From NCBI GenBank assembly GCA_947491225.1, contig CANLIE010000001.1, positions 17,747 to 81,746 on the forward strand: a DNA stretch of 64,000 nt, in the 5' to 3' direction. The notes under the pieces are model-generated. The model was not told the DNA's origin and did no database searches. It saw only the letters and a list, made by a program, of their open reading frames with translations. Source of the stretch: an uncultured Cellulophaga sp. (GTDB taxonomy: Bacteria; Bacteroidota; Bacteroidia; Flavobacteriales; Flavobacteriaceae). Shown here one piece after another: positions 28,330 to 38,425 of the stretch. How positions within the stretch are numbered: the first letter of the stretch is position 1; the number at the start of each line of letters is the position of its first letter. The position numbers and the translations under genes are program-made.

Positions 28330-28824
28330 TTAAAGATTAAAAGTAGCTCCAAAACTAAAAACAAACTGATTGTGTAACTTTTCAGCTGGCGTTAAATCTT
28401 TACTTTTATACTTAGCAAATGGCACCGCTGCTTCTACAAACAAAGCAAAGCCATCAGTAAAAAAATAACGTGACCCTAAGTGTCCTCCAAAATTTTTAAG
28501 ACTCAGGTTTAATCCTGGATAAATATCCACATTATCACCCAATTGAAAAACGTTACCTAAGTTTGCATTAAAACGAGCTTTTAAATCAGTGCGATGACCA
28601 AAATTTGCGCCAATGCTCTCTTCTACTCCTAATATATAAGAAGAAAATAAGCCTATTGAAAAATTTTCTCCCATTCCGTAATCATAAGTAAAAACTATTC
28701 CTGTTCCATTTTCTTGAAAATTAGCTCCTATTTGAAATTTTATATCTCCTTGTCCTTCAAAGACCTGCGCACTTACAAATGACACGCCTAAAACCATTAT
28801 TAATACAATTAATACTCTTTTCAT
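28330..28824 (-). CDS. Small outer-membrane beta-barrel protein (OmpW/porin-like)
   Basis: 164 aa; signal peptide; alternating amphipathic strands; C-terminal F. Confidence 0.55.
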   Translation of the reverse strand: MKRVLIVLIMVLGVSFVSAQVFEGQGDIKFQIGANFQENGTGIVFTYDYGMGENFSIGLFSSYILGVEESIGANFGHRTDLKARFNANLGNVFQLGDNVDIYPGLNLSLKNFGGHLGSRYFFTDGFALFVEAAVPFAKYKSKDLTPAEKLHNQFVFSFGATFNL

Positions 28825-28887
28825 TGTTTTCTCTTTAATGTTAATGTTTTTAAAGATGGCAAATATATCTATTCTTTCTTTATTGCA

Positions 28888-29745
28888 CTATTTGATGCAC
28901 ATATTGGTTCTTTGGATTGCCTTATTGTTCTTACCATCTATCCATTTTTTCCCCTTTATTTTCCTCATCAAATTATCATAATGTCTCATTATTAATACAT
29001 TATAAAATGCTCTACTCAAGTTTTTTGGATTTCTAGCCATAGCACGCAAACTCATAGAAAATCCTGGAGTAATATATTTCATATAATGCCAATAACCTTC
29101 TGGCATATATAGTATTTCTCCATGTTTTAAATGTGCTTTATATCCATTTGCATTCTTTAATGCAGGCCATTGATCATAGTTAGGGTTAGAGAAATCTATG
29201 TCTTCATGCGTTATTAAAGAATGTGGTATTTTGTATAGGTATTTATTTTCTGTTTGTGAAAATAGTATGCATTCTTTTTCTCCTTCAAAATGAAAATGAA
29301 AAATATTAGCTAAATCTATATCATAATGCATAAATGTATGAGATTCAGTTCCACCAAAAAAAAGCATTGGTAAGCTTTTCATTAGTTTTAATCCAAAATC
29401 CGGGTATTTATAGTCTCTCTGCAGTTCTGGAATTTCCTTTAAAATATTCCATAAAAATATCCTGAATTTGGTGGGTTCCTTTTTAAGTAAATCTATATAG
29501 TCTGCCATTTTCATTTTGGCGTGGGGTTGGTTAAAACCTTCTTTATAATCCACAGGTCTATCATCATACAAAGGCACTGTTTTATCACCAGCAATATCCT
29601 TCATATAATCTAAACTCCACTTAGAATACGCAGGCCAATCTTCTATAAACCGTTCAATAACCACTGGCTTTTGAGGTTTAAAAAAATGCTTTATAAAATC
29701 TTCTTTGGTAATTGTTTTTACCCTTGGAATATCTTGTAACTGCAA
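28888..29745 (-). CDS. Cupin-like (JmjC/Cupin_8) domain protein, putative 2OG-Fe(II) hydroxylase
   Basis: 285 aa; ESHTFMHYDID (HxD) and a later His (HLKHGEILYMPEGYWH) fit the JmjC facial triad. Confidence 0.6.
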   Translation of the reverse strand: MQLQDIPRVKTITKEDFIKHFFKPQKPVVIERFIEDWPAYSKWSLDYMKDIAGDKTVPLYDDRPVDYKEGFNQPHAKMKMADYIDLLKKEPTKFRIFLWNILKEIPELQRDYKYPDFGLKLMKSLPMLFFGGTESHTFMHYDIDLANIFHFHFEGEKECILFSQTENKYLYKIPHSLITHEDIDFSNPNYDQWPALKNANGYKAHLKHGEILYMPEGYWHYMKYITPGFSMSLRAMARNPKNLSRAFYNVLIMRHYDNLMRKIKGKKWIDGKNNKAIQRTNMCIK

Positions 29746-29855
29746 TGAAATTTCAATTAAATAAAATATAAATATAAAGATAGGACTTAAAAATTCCTAA
29801 AAATTATTTGAGACAACACAAATTATGCAGCTTAAAAACAACAATTTTAAAAAAC

Positions 29856-30950
29856 TTACTTTATAAGTTTTGCCTTTTGTTTGGCTGTTTCATTACGCTC
29901 TATAGTGTGCCCTGGTCTAGACCACTTTGGTTTTTCTCCTAAGTTCTGATATTTAGAATCTTCTGCTTCAATTGTTTGTGGTTGCACCTTTTTAGTAAAT
30001 GGTTTTTGCGGATTTAATCCGAGCAATTTAAACATTTTCATATCCTCATTTACATCAGGATTTGGTGTAGTTAACAATTTATCTCCTGCAAAAATAGAAT
30101 TAGCCCCTGCAAAGAAACACATTGCTTGCCCTTCTCTACTCATTTGAGTACGACCAGCAGATAAGCGAACTTGTGTTTCTGGCAATACAATTCTGGTAGT
30201 TGCCACCATTCTAATCATATCCCATATTTCTACAGGTTTTTCATCTTCCAACGGTGTTCCTTCAACAGCAACCAAAGCATTTATTGGTGTAGATTCTGGC
30301 TGAGGATCCAAGGTAGATAAAGCAACTAGCATTCCTGCTCTATCTTCTATACTTTCACCCATACCAATAATACCCCCTGAACAAACGGTTACATTTGTTT
30401 TACGTACATTACCAATAGTATCTAATCTATCTTGGTAACCTCTAGTAGAAATAACTTCTTTATAATATTCTTCTGATGAATCTAAATTATGATTATAAGC
30501 GTATAGGCCTGCTTCTGCTAAACGTTGCGCTTGGTTTTCTGTAATCATACCTAATGTACAACAAACCTCCATATCTAGCTTGTTAATTGTACGTACCATA
30601 TCCAATACCTGATCAAACTCTTCTCCATCTTTTACATTACGCCATGCTGCACCCATACAAACTCTAGAACTACCACTTTCCTTTGCACGTAAAGCTTGTG
30701 CTTTTACTTGGTTTACTGTCATTAAATCACTGCCTTGTACACCTGTATGATAACGAGCAGCTTGTGGGCAATACCCACAATCTTCTGAACAGCCGCCTGT
30801 CTTAATAGACAATAATGTAGAAACTTGAACAACATTGGGGTCATGTTGTTGTCTATGAATTGTTGCTGCATCATACAGCAACTCCATTAATGGTTTGTTA
30901 TATATATCTAAAATCTCTTGTTTGCTCCAGTTGTGTCTTACTTCGTTCAT
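29856..30950 (-). CDS. bioB: Biotin synthase
   Basis: 364 aa; radical-SAM CSEDCGYCPQ; YNHNLDSS motif; about 45-aa basic C-terminal extension. Confidence 0.95.
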   Translation of the reverse strand: MNEVRHNWSKQEILDIYNKPLMELLYDAATIHRQQHDPNVVQVSTLLSIKTGGCSEDCGYCPQAARYHTGVQGSDLMTVNQVKAQALRAKESGSSRVCMGAAWRNVKDGEEFDQVLDMVRTINKLDMEVCCTLGMITENQAQRLAEAGLYAYNHNLDSSEEYYKEVISTRGYQDRLDTIGNVRKTNVTVCSGGIIGMGESIEDRAGMLVALSTLDPQPESTPINALVAVEGTPLEDEKPVEIWDMIRMVATTRIVLPETQVRLSAGRTQMSREGQAMCFFAGANSIFAGDKLLTTPNPDVNEDMKMFKLLGLNPQKPFTKKVQPQTIEAEDSKYQNLGEKPKWSRPGHTIERNETAKQKAKLIK

Positions 30951-31039
30951 ACGTTACTTTAAATCTAGAGTCAAAAATAACCCTTATTCATTAGAAAATC
31001 CAATTTCTAAAAACCAAATCACAAAAAAGAAGAAAAAAC

Positions 31040-31135
31040 ATACCCGTTGTTCATTTTGATGTAATTCTATCAATTAGAGTAAATTTTACGGCGGAAATAA
31101 GTAAAATTTGTATCGAAAATAAGAATTTTTATCAT
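31040..31135 (+). repeat. Dispersed intergenic repeat family, copy C
   Basis: GTTGTTCATTTTGATGTAATTCTATCAATTAGAGTAAATTTTACGGCGGAAATAAGTAAAATTTGTATCGAAAATAAGAATTTTTATCA. Confidence 0.55.
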
Positions 31136-31279
31136 TAATTTAGTTCACGATACACTTTTTCATTCTTTAAAAGCACTTGAACCGACATATAGCAATCTAT
31201 TAAAATCTAAATACATAACGGGGAAAACCTGTTTATTTACAATAGTTGTTTACAAGCAAGTTTAAAATAAAGAATTTAT

Positions 31280-32722
31280 TTACTCTTCTGAGTTTTCCTC
31301 TTTTTTACTCTTATTTTTTATAGCTTCCTTTTTTACATTATCTTCTCCTTCTACATCTTTACCTTTTAAATATTCAGGTAATTGCATGCCAGCCATATTG
31401 AACATTTCTTGTAAAGGTGGTACAGATTTATACATCCCTGAGATAAAGTTAGCTGTAGAACCTTTACCATCTGCTGTCTTGGCTCCGGAATCCCAAACGG
31501 TTACTTTATCAATTTTAATGTTCTTAATTGCTTCTGCTTGTGTTTTTACCAATTCTGGCAACTTATCAGCCACAAGTAATAATACAGCATCTTTAGGATT
31601 ATCGCCAGCTGCCTGCACTATTTTATCTAGACCTTGAGCTTGCTTGGTCAATACTTCCAATATACCTTGGGCTTCTGCTTGTGCTTTAAATAATATGGCA
31701 TCTGCTTCACCTTTTGCTATACGCCTTGTTCTTTCTGCATCTGCTTCTGCATCTATTTCTACTTTTTTCTTGTCTATTTCCGCTGGCACAACAATATCTG
31801 CCATTTGAGAGCTACGTACACGCTCTGCTCTTGCCATTTCAGCGTCTTTTTCTGCTGCATAAGACTCCTCTAGAGCTTTTGCAGATTGTACTTTCTCTGC
31901 GGCTATTGCAGTACGTTCTGCTTCTGCTTCTCTTTGTCTACGTAATGAGTCTGAATTTGCTACATTAATTTTTGCAATGTTTTCTCCCTCTACTGCTTGT
32001 GCATTTGCGGCTGCTACTTGTGTACGCTCATCTTGTAATGCGTTTGCTTCACCAATAGAACCATCTCTATTTTTTTCTGCTACAGATTTACGAGCTGCAT
32101 TTATAGCGTGTGCCGCAGCTTCTTTTCCTAACGCTTCTATATAACCAGATTCATCTACAATATCCGTTATATTTACGTTAATTAACTTTAAACCAACTTT
32201 CTTTAATTCTGATTCTACACTCTGAGAAATATTAGTCAAAAACTTATCTCTGTCCGAGTTTATTTCTTCAATATCCATAGAAGCAACTACTAATCGTAAT
32301 TGACCAAAAATAATCTCTTGTGCTAGTTCTTGAATCTCATTTTGCCCTAAACCTAATAAACGTTCAGCTGCATTTTGCATAATACCTGGCTCTGTGGAAA
32401 TACCAATGGTAAAACGAGATGGAACATTTACACGAATATTTTGCTTACTTAACGCATTCACTAAATTCACCTCTATAGAAATAGGGGTTAAATCTAAAAA
32501 TTGATAATCTTGAACTACTGGCCAAATAAAAGCTGCTCCTCCATGAATACATTTGGCAGAATTACCGCCACCAACTTTACCGTATACCACTAATATCCTA
32601 TCTGACGGACAGCGTTTGTATCTACGAATAAAAGAGATAATAATTATAAAAAAGAATAAAATTCCAACGCCAATACCAATTAAACTTGCATTTGCGCCCA
32701 ACTGTAAGGGTACTAAAATCAT
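31280..32722 (-). CDS. Flotillin-family (SPFH/band-7) membrane protein, YqiK-like
   Basis: 480 aa; N-terminal TM; SPFH domain; long Ala/Glu-rich coiled-coil (EA repeats); C-terminal flotillin region. Confidence 0.85.
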   Translation of the reverse strand: MILVPLQLGANASLIGIGVGILFFFIIIISFIRRYKRCPSDRILVVYGKVGGGNSAKCIHGGAAFIWPVVQDYQFLDLTPISIEVNLVNALSKQNIRVNVPSRFTIGISTEPGIMQNAAERLLGLGQNEIQELAQEIIFGQLRLVVASMDIEEINSDRDKFLTNISQSVESELKKVGLKLINVNITDIVDESGYIEALGKEAAAHAINAARKSVAEKNRDGSIGEANALQDERTQVAAANAQAVEGENIAKINVANSDSLRRQREAEAERTAIAAEKVQSAKALEESYAAEKDAEMARAERVRSSQMADIVVPAEIDKKKVEIDAEADAERTRRIAKGEADAILFKAQAEAQGILEVLTKQAQGLDKIVQAAGDNPKDAVLLLVADKLPELVKTQAEAIKNIKIDKVTVWDSGAKTADGKGSTANFISGMYKSVPPLQEMFNMAGMQLPEYLKGKDVEGEDNVKKEAIKNKSKKEENSEE

Positions 32723-32726
32723 ATGG

Positions 32727-33305
32727 TTATTTATTTAATAGTTCAACAATTAATATTCCATTATCTGTAATGTCACTTACCTTAACAACATTACCTTGTT
32801 TAAGGTCTACAGCTTCATCTGTAAGCGCTTCTAACTCCCGCAAAGATTCTTGCACAGTTATACTAACTTTGCCTATAGAGCTCCTATTGGCACCAATGGT
32901 TAAGTACACTTCACCAACTTGATTTAATGCATTTTTTAAGTGTAGCGTACCACTACTTTGTAATTTACTTAGGTAATAAAATAAAGCAGCCATAGCCACC
33001 ATCATTAATAGACCACATATAACAGAAATTATAATGGTCGCTATATTAGAAAAACCAGCTTCTATACAAGCAATACCCGCCCATCCAAAAATGGCAAAAA
33101 AGCCAGATAAGTTTTTAATTGATAAAAACTGAAATCCAATACCTGAATCTCCTTCTATTTCTGCGTCTACATCGCCATCAATACCATCTGCATCACCTCC
33201 AATTAAGGTTAATAATAAAAATACAATCATTACTACAGAGCCAATTAAGGCTATACTCCAATAGACTTTTGGAAATAATTCTAAACCTGCATACCATTCC
33301 ATCAT
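32727..33305 (-). CDS. NfeD/YqiJ-like membrane protein, partner of flotillin
   Basis: 192 aa; N-terminal TM helices; acidic DGDVDAEIEGD segment; C-terminal OB-fold-like beta domain; immediately upstream of flotillin as in E. coli yqiJK. Confidence 0.6.
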   Translation of the reverse strand: MMEWYAGLELFPKVYWSIALIGSVVMIVFLLLTLIGGDADGIDGDVDAEIEGDSGIGFQFLSIKNLSGFFAIFGWAGIACIEAGFSNIATIIISVICGLLMMVAMAALFYYLSKLQSSGTLHLKNALNQVGEVYLTIGANRSSIGKVSITVQESLRELEALTDEAVDLKQGNVVKVSDITDNGILIVELLNK

Positions 33306-33385
33306 AAAATAAAAGTTTTAGTTTGGTTTTTGAAAGATAGTAAAATCAAACATCACATAGACACCTTTATTGCAATTTTTTAAAA

Positions 33386-34537
33386 CTATTTTTGCAGTAA
33401 AACACTTACGGCATTTCCGCCAAAACCAACAGCATTAATAAGCACTTTTTTTATACTCTTAAGTGCTTCCCCATAAGCTACAAAAGGCACTTTAATAAAC
33501 TCTTGGTAATGCAACATTGCTATTGCCAACTCTATACTAAACATACCTGAGGCACCAAAAGAATGACCTATCTTCCATTTATTTGTGGTTAAAGCTGGTG
33601 TTTTGTTACAAAAAACTTTTTTTATTGCTTCTATTTCAGACTTATCTCCTTTTATAGTACCTGGGGCATGCATTACAATTACATCTACCTCGTCTGGGTT
33701 TATATTACCCAATGCCATTTTCATAGAACGTTGAAAACAAACAGCATCAGAAGAAATAGAAATATTATGTTCCAGCATTTCCGTGGCATACCCAACACCT
33801 ATTATTTCTGCCAATCTATTTTTTGGCGAACCACTTTCCAAGGCTACAACTGCAGCTCCTTCTCCTAAAACCATTGTATTTTGGTCTTTATCCAAATCAT
33901 ATGCCCTACACGGATAATCATTTTTAGTGTCTCTTGCATAAATTTTTAATGCCTTCATCTGAGCAATAGTAAATGGTGTTAATGGCGCTTCACTACCACC
34001 AACTAAAAACTTATCTGCCATACCACTTTTTATCCAAGCTACACCGTTTAATAGTGAATGCAAAGCCGTGGAACAAGTTATGGAATGCGAAATTTCTGGC
34101 CCAGCTGTTTGCAAGTCATGTGCTACCCAAGAAGATATATTACCCAATGTTGTTGTTGGTGATGATAGTGTAGAAACTTTATCTTTTTCTAAAAACTCAA
34201 TATGGTATTTTTCAAACAACGCTGTAGCTCCTCGTGAAGACCCAAAGTTAACTCCAAAATTATCTTTAGAAGTCCAGCCAGCTTGTACTAATACTTTTCT
34301 TGATGTATATATGGCAAACAAAACAGTATCATCTAATTTTTTATATTTAGAATCTGAATTTTTAAGCTCTTTAATTTCTTTTTTTAATTCTTTTGGTAAA
34401 CAAGCCACCCAGTTATTGTAACCTCCAATATTTTTTTTTTGAAGAAAATGAGCATCACTTTTATAATTCTTCCAAACCTCATCCATAGAAGTACCCAGAG
34501 GAGATATTGATGCCATTGCTGTTATATAAATCCCCAT
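33386..34537 (-). CDS. Beta-ketoacyl-[ACP] synthase family protein (KAS I/II-like) inside the bio cluster
   Basis: 383 aa; thiolase fold; active-site Cys in ITCSTALHSL; His-His region (VIVMHAPGT..., KIGHSFGASG); 2 nt from the bioA stop. Confidence 0.8.
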   Translation of the reverse strand: MGIYITAMASISPLGTSMDEVWKNYKSDAHFLQKKNIGGYNNWVACLPKELKKEIKELKNSDSKYKKLDDTVLFAIYTSRKVLVQAGWTSKDNFGVNFGSSRGATALFEKYHIEFLEKDKVSTLSSPTTTLGNISSWVAHDLQTAGPEISHSITCSTALHSLLNGVAWIKSGMADKFLVGGSEAPLTPFTIAQMKALKIYARDTKNDYPCRAYDLDKDQNTMVLGEGAAVVALESGSPKNRLAEIIGVGYATEMLEHNISISSDAVCFQRSMKMALGNINPDEVDVIVMHAPGTIKGDKSEIEAIKKVFCNKTPALTTNKWKIGHSFGASGMFSIELAIAMLHYQEFIKVPFVAYGEALKSIKKVLINAVGFGGNAVSVLLQK

Positions 34538-34539
34538 AC

Positions 34540-35808
34540 CTAAACTATTTCTAAAGCTCCTTTAATCGATTTATAAATCTTTTGCAATTGTTCATCGGAA
34601 GTAATATAAGGTGCAAGAATATATATTGTATTTCCTAATGGGCGTAAAAACACTCCTGAATCCATAAAGTGCTTAAATAGTTTATCTCTTAAATTACCAT
34701 AACGCTCCATTTGTATATTTAAATCCAACGCATAGATAACGCCTAACTGTCTTGTATTATTAACTTTAGGGTGATTTTTTATTTCTTCATTAAACTTCTG
34801 GTGTGAAGTTATAACTCTTATAATATTATCTTGTATTTCAGTAGTTTGTAGTAATTGCAATCCCGACAATGCTGCAGTACAAGCCAGTGGGTTTGCTGTA
34901 TAGGTATGTCCGTGAAACAATCCTTTGGAAATATCATCATCATAAAAAGCATCATATACTCTTTGTGTACAGCTAGTTACTGCCATTGGTAACAACCCAG
35001 CTGTTAAGGCTTTTGACATACAGATGATATCTGGTTTTATATTCATATAGTCGGATGCAAAAAATTTTCCTGTTTTTCCAAAACCGGTCATTACTTCATC
35101 TGCAACCAACAAAACATTATGCTGCTTTAGCAATGCCAAAATTTGATTTAACCCAGATGCATTGTGCATCTTCATTGCAGCAGCTCCTTGTACTAAGGGT
35201 TCGTAGACAAAGCCAGCGATATCTTTACTTTGTAACAATGATTTTAATTTCTTTAAAATATCATCTATATTTTCTTCAGTAGGTACCGGAATTCGTTCTA
35301 CATCAATAAAAAAATCTTCAAAAGACCCATTATACACAGATAAGCCAGAGACTGACATAGCTCCAAAAGTATCTCCATGAAATCCGTCTTCAAAAGCTAA
35401 CATAATATTGCGTTTTTTACCTGTATTAAAATGATATTGTAATGCCATTTTAATTCCTATTTCAACAGCCGTAGACCCATTGTCTGAAAAAAACAATTTT
35501 TGCTGATTGCTAGGTAATATTTTTATTAATTCTTCTGATAATTCTATGGCAGGCTCATGTGTAAAACCACTAAATACAACTTGATCTAGTTGTTGCATTT
35601 GTGCATATACTTTATCTAAAATAAAATCGTTACAGTGCCCATAAACGGATGTATACCAAGACGATATTCCGTCCACATATTCATTTCCCTCATCATCATA
35701 CAACAAAGCTCCTTTTGCTTTTACTATTGGCAGCATTTCTGGATGCAGTTTATGCTGTGTCAATGGATGCCATATATGTTTTTGATCTCTTTTTGTAAGA
35801 TTTTTCAA
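34540..35808 (-). CDS. bioA: Adenosylmethionine-8-amino-7-oxononanoate aminotransferase
   Basis: 422 aa; class-III aminotransferase; IWHP...YDDEGNEYVDGISSWY N-terminus; PLP Lys region (DEVMTGFGKTGKFFA). Confidence 0.9.
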   Translation of the reverse strand: MKNLTKRDQKHIWHPLTQHKLHPEMLPIVKAKGALLYDDEGNEYVDGISSWYTSVYGHCNDFILDKVYAQMQQLDQVVFSGFTHEPAIELSEELIKILPSNQQKLFFSDNGSTAVEIGIKMALQYHFNTGKKRNIMLAFEDGFHGDTFGAMSVSGLSVYNGSFEDFFIDVERIPVPTEENIDDILKKLKSLLQSKDIAGFVYEPLVQGAAAMKMHNASGLNQILALLKQHNVLLVADEVMTGFGKTGKFFASDYMNIKPDIICMSKALTAGLLPMAVTSCTQRVYDAFYDDDISKGLFHGHTYTANPLACTAALSGLQLLQTTEIQDNIIRVITSHQKFNEEIKNHPKVNNTRQLGVIYALDLNIQMERYGNLRDKLFKHFMDSGVFLRPLGNTIYILAPYITSDEQLQKIYKSIKGALEIV

Positions 35809-35865
35809 GTCAATTTTATTTTAAAATAGAAGCCACAAAGATGAGGAATAATCACCAAAAACTAC

Positions 35866-36489
35866 TTATATGATCTCTAAATTTGACCTAAACAAATCTG
35901 CATACTTTTTAATAACATACGTATTAAAAAATGGTTCTTCATCTATTCTGCCTATACACTTTACTCCTGTCTTTTTAAGAATAATGCTCTCCGTGGTTGT
36001 ATGTTCTTCTCCACTAAAAATAACAGAAACGTCATAATCACGTTCTTGTAAATAGTTTATGGTTAGCAAACTATGATTTATACTTCCTAAATAATGTCTA
36101 GAAACCACTATGACTTTATATTCTGGTTTTATGATATCTAAAATAGTAGCTGTATCATTTAAAGGAACCAACAAACCTCCTGCTCCTTCAACAACCAAAT
36201 GATTGTCTGTTTTAGGTGCAACAATTTTATCCAATTCTATTGTAATATTATCTATTTCTGCTGCTGCATGCGGACTCATAGGCGTTTGTAATGCATAACA
36301 ATTTTTATGTATTATGGTTTTAAGATTGGATATATACCCTTTTATTTTATGACTGTCAGAATCATTTAATTCACCAGCCTGTATGGGTTTCCAGTAATCT
36401 GCCTCTAAAGCTTCCGTTATAATTGCTGCTGCAACTGTTTTTCCTACTTCGGTAGATATTCCTGTTACAAATATTTGTTTTCTTTTCAT
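35866..36489 (-). CDS. bioD: Dethiobiotin synthetase
   Basis: 207 aa; P-loop FVTGISTEVGKT; EGAGG motif. Confidence 0.9.
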   Translation of the reverse strand: MKRKQIFVTGISTEVGKTVAAAIITEALEADYWKPIQAGELNDSDSHKIKGYISNLKTIIHKNCYALQTPMSPHAAAEIDNITIELDKIVAPKTDNHLVVEGAGGLLVPLNDTATILDIIKPEYKVIVVSRHYLGSINHSLLTINYLQERDYDVSVIFSGEEHTTTESIILKKTGVKCIGRIDEEPFFNTYVIKKYADLFRSNLEII

Positions 36490-36517
36490 TTTAGAATTTA
36501 TTCATATGTATTTTTAT

Positions 36518-36632
36518 AAAATTCTGTCAATTCGATTTCTATGACACAACCAAACGATTTTGATAAAAAGTTTGATTTTTAATTAACGCAAAAACCAAGT
36601 GGGTAATTTTCTATAGAAAATCACTTGAACCA
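36518..36632 (+). repeat. Dispersed intergenic repeat family, copy D
   Basis: AAAATTCTGTCAATTCGATTTCTATGACAC...GATTTTGATAAAAAG...TTTTCTATAGAAAATCACTTGAACC. Confidence 0.5.
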
Positions 36633-36733
36633 ACATTTAGTAAACTATTTCATCTAAAATTTCCTAAAATCTTCTTTATATTTTATCTATTTAATATACT
36701 AGAAAACCATTCCTGAAACCCATTTAATCTTGT

Positions 36734-37108
36734 TTAAGAAATAATATTACAATTAAGACAGCGGTATTTTCTTTTTTCAAAAAAAGGAAACAATTTATAA
36801 AAGATACCTTTTCTAGAATAATAAGCTTCTAATTTTTTAGCCTTGCAATTTGGGCAAACCAAAGGATCCCCATTACTGTCAGTAGCATACTTTCTAATTT
36901 CATTATATATTTCCAATGCCCTGTCTTTATCAACAGCATATACTTGTAGTTTTATGCCACCAATGGCATTGCTAATTAAAGGATCTGAATTAACAGTATT
37001 CTCATCTTTTAAAAAAACTTCTATCCCTTCAGATTCTAACTTACCTTTTGTTATTAATGTGTCTGCGGAATACTCAAAAGCAGCAATTGTATATAATTTT
37101 TGGCTCAT
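36734..37108 (-). CDS. Small DUF2007-like protein with C-terminal CxxC...CxxC zinc-ribbon
   Basis: 124 aa; C-terminal CPNCKAKK...CLNCN; sits between bioD and bioF. Confidence 0.4.
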   Translation of the reverse strand: MSQKLYTIAAFEYSADTLITKGKLESEGIEVFLKDENTVNSDPLISNAIGGIKLQVYAVDKDRALEIYNEIRKYATDSNGDPLVCPNCKAKKLEAYYSRKGIFYKLFPFFEKRKYRCLNCNIIS

Positions 37109-37112
37109 TTTT

Positions 37113-38264
37113 CTAAATTAATTTACGCAATAGTTTTATAACTTCTGACATCTCCTTTGGTGTATTATAGGAATGCAAACAAAAGCGTAATCTTTCTTGG
37201 CTCTCAGGAACTGTAGGTGATAGTATTGGTCTTACATCAAACCCATTTTCTTGTAACTGACCTGCTATTTTTTTTACTTTTTCATTACCAGAAACTAAAC
37301 AACATTGAATGGTAGAATCACTAGATATAAAGCTATCTATTAATCTGTGTTCATTTATCTCTTTTTTAAAAAAATTGATATTATTATTTAAAAATTTCCT
37401 TTGTTTTTCTCCCTCTTTGCTTTCTAAAAAATAATACGATTGCAAAATAGTTGCAACACTATGTGGTGACAAGGCCGTAGTATATATAAAACTACGTGAA
37501 AAATTCACCAAATACATTTTTAACTCTAAGCTTCCTAAAACTGCTGCTCCATGGCAGCCTATAGCCTTACCAAAGGTTATTATGCGTGCAAAAATGTCTT
37601 TTTCTAGTCCAAGCTCTTGCACTATTCCTTCTCCCTTTTTTCCATATATTCCAACCGCGTGTGCTTCATCTACTACTAACAAAGCTCTGTGTTTTTTACT
37701 TAATTGAGATACTGCCTTTAAATCTGGAGAATCACCATCCATAGAGAATACAGATTCTGTTACCACATACATTACTTGACCCAACCCTATAGCTAATGAA
37801 TGACGATGAATTAATTCTTCTAAGTCCTTAAGGTCATTATGTTTAAATTTATAGGCTTTTGCTTTGCCCATAGAAATTCCATCACGAATGCTAGCATGTA
37901 TGTATTCATCATAAAAAACGAGATCGCCCCGTTGTGGTACAGTACTAAAAAAGCCAATATTAGCATCGTAACCAGAATTGTATACTACTGCTGCTTTAGA
38001 TTGATGAAAGGCTGATAATTTATTCTCCAGGGTTTCATATAATTTATGGTTGCCAGACAATAATCTGGAACCCGTTGCCCCATTTTCCTTACTATTAGTA
38101 TCAATTAAATATTGATGAACTCTATTAAAAATTGATGTGTTTTTAGACAGCCCTAAGTAATCATTAGATGAAAAATCTACTTTTTGACTAGTTCTGGCTA
38201 ATATACGTAGTGACATATTTTGTTGTCGGTCTTCTAATTTTTTCTGAAGTTTTTGCGGTAACAT
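37113..38264 (-). CDS. bioF: 8-amino-7-oxononanoate synthase
   Basis: Start taken at internal MLPQKLQKK; class-II aminotransferase; DYLGL motif; PLP Lys in FSKSFGSM-like region (TESVFSMDGD). Confidence 0.85.
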   Translation of the reverse strand: MLPQKLQKKLEDRQQNMSLRILARTSQKVDFSSNDYLGLSKNTSIFNRVHQYLIDTNSKENGATGSRLLSGNHKLYETLENKLSAFHQSKAAVVYNSGYDANIGFFSTVPQRGDLVFYDEYIHASIRDGISMGKAKAYKFKHNDLKDLEELIHRHSLAIGLGQVMYVVTESVFSMDGDSPDLKAVSQLSKKHRALLVVDEAHAVGIYGKKGEGIVQELGLEKDIFARIITFGKAIGCHGAAVLGSLELKMYLVNFSRSFIYTTALSPHSVATILQSYYFLESKEGEKQRKFLNNNINFFKKEINEHRLIDSFISSDSTIQCCLVSGNEKVKKIAGQLQENGFDVRPILSPTVPESQERLRFCLHSYNTPKEMSEVIKLLRKLI

Positions 38265-38425
38265 TCTACAAAGATACAAAGAGAAGGTTCTTAATTATTC
38301 TGAAATATGTATTTACAAACCCTATTCTGTAATGCAAAAAAACATCAACGTTATACCAATCATCAGATATTTTAGAATATGTGAAATAAAAAGAATAATT
38401 TTAAAGAATTAAAAAAAATCTTGAA

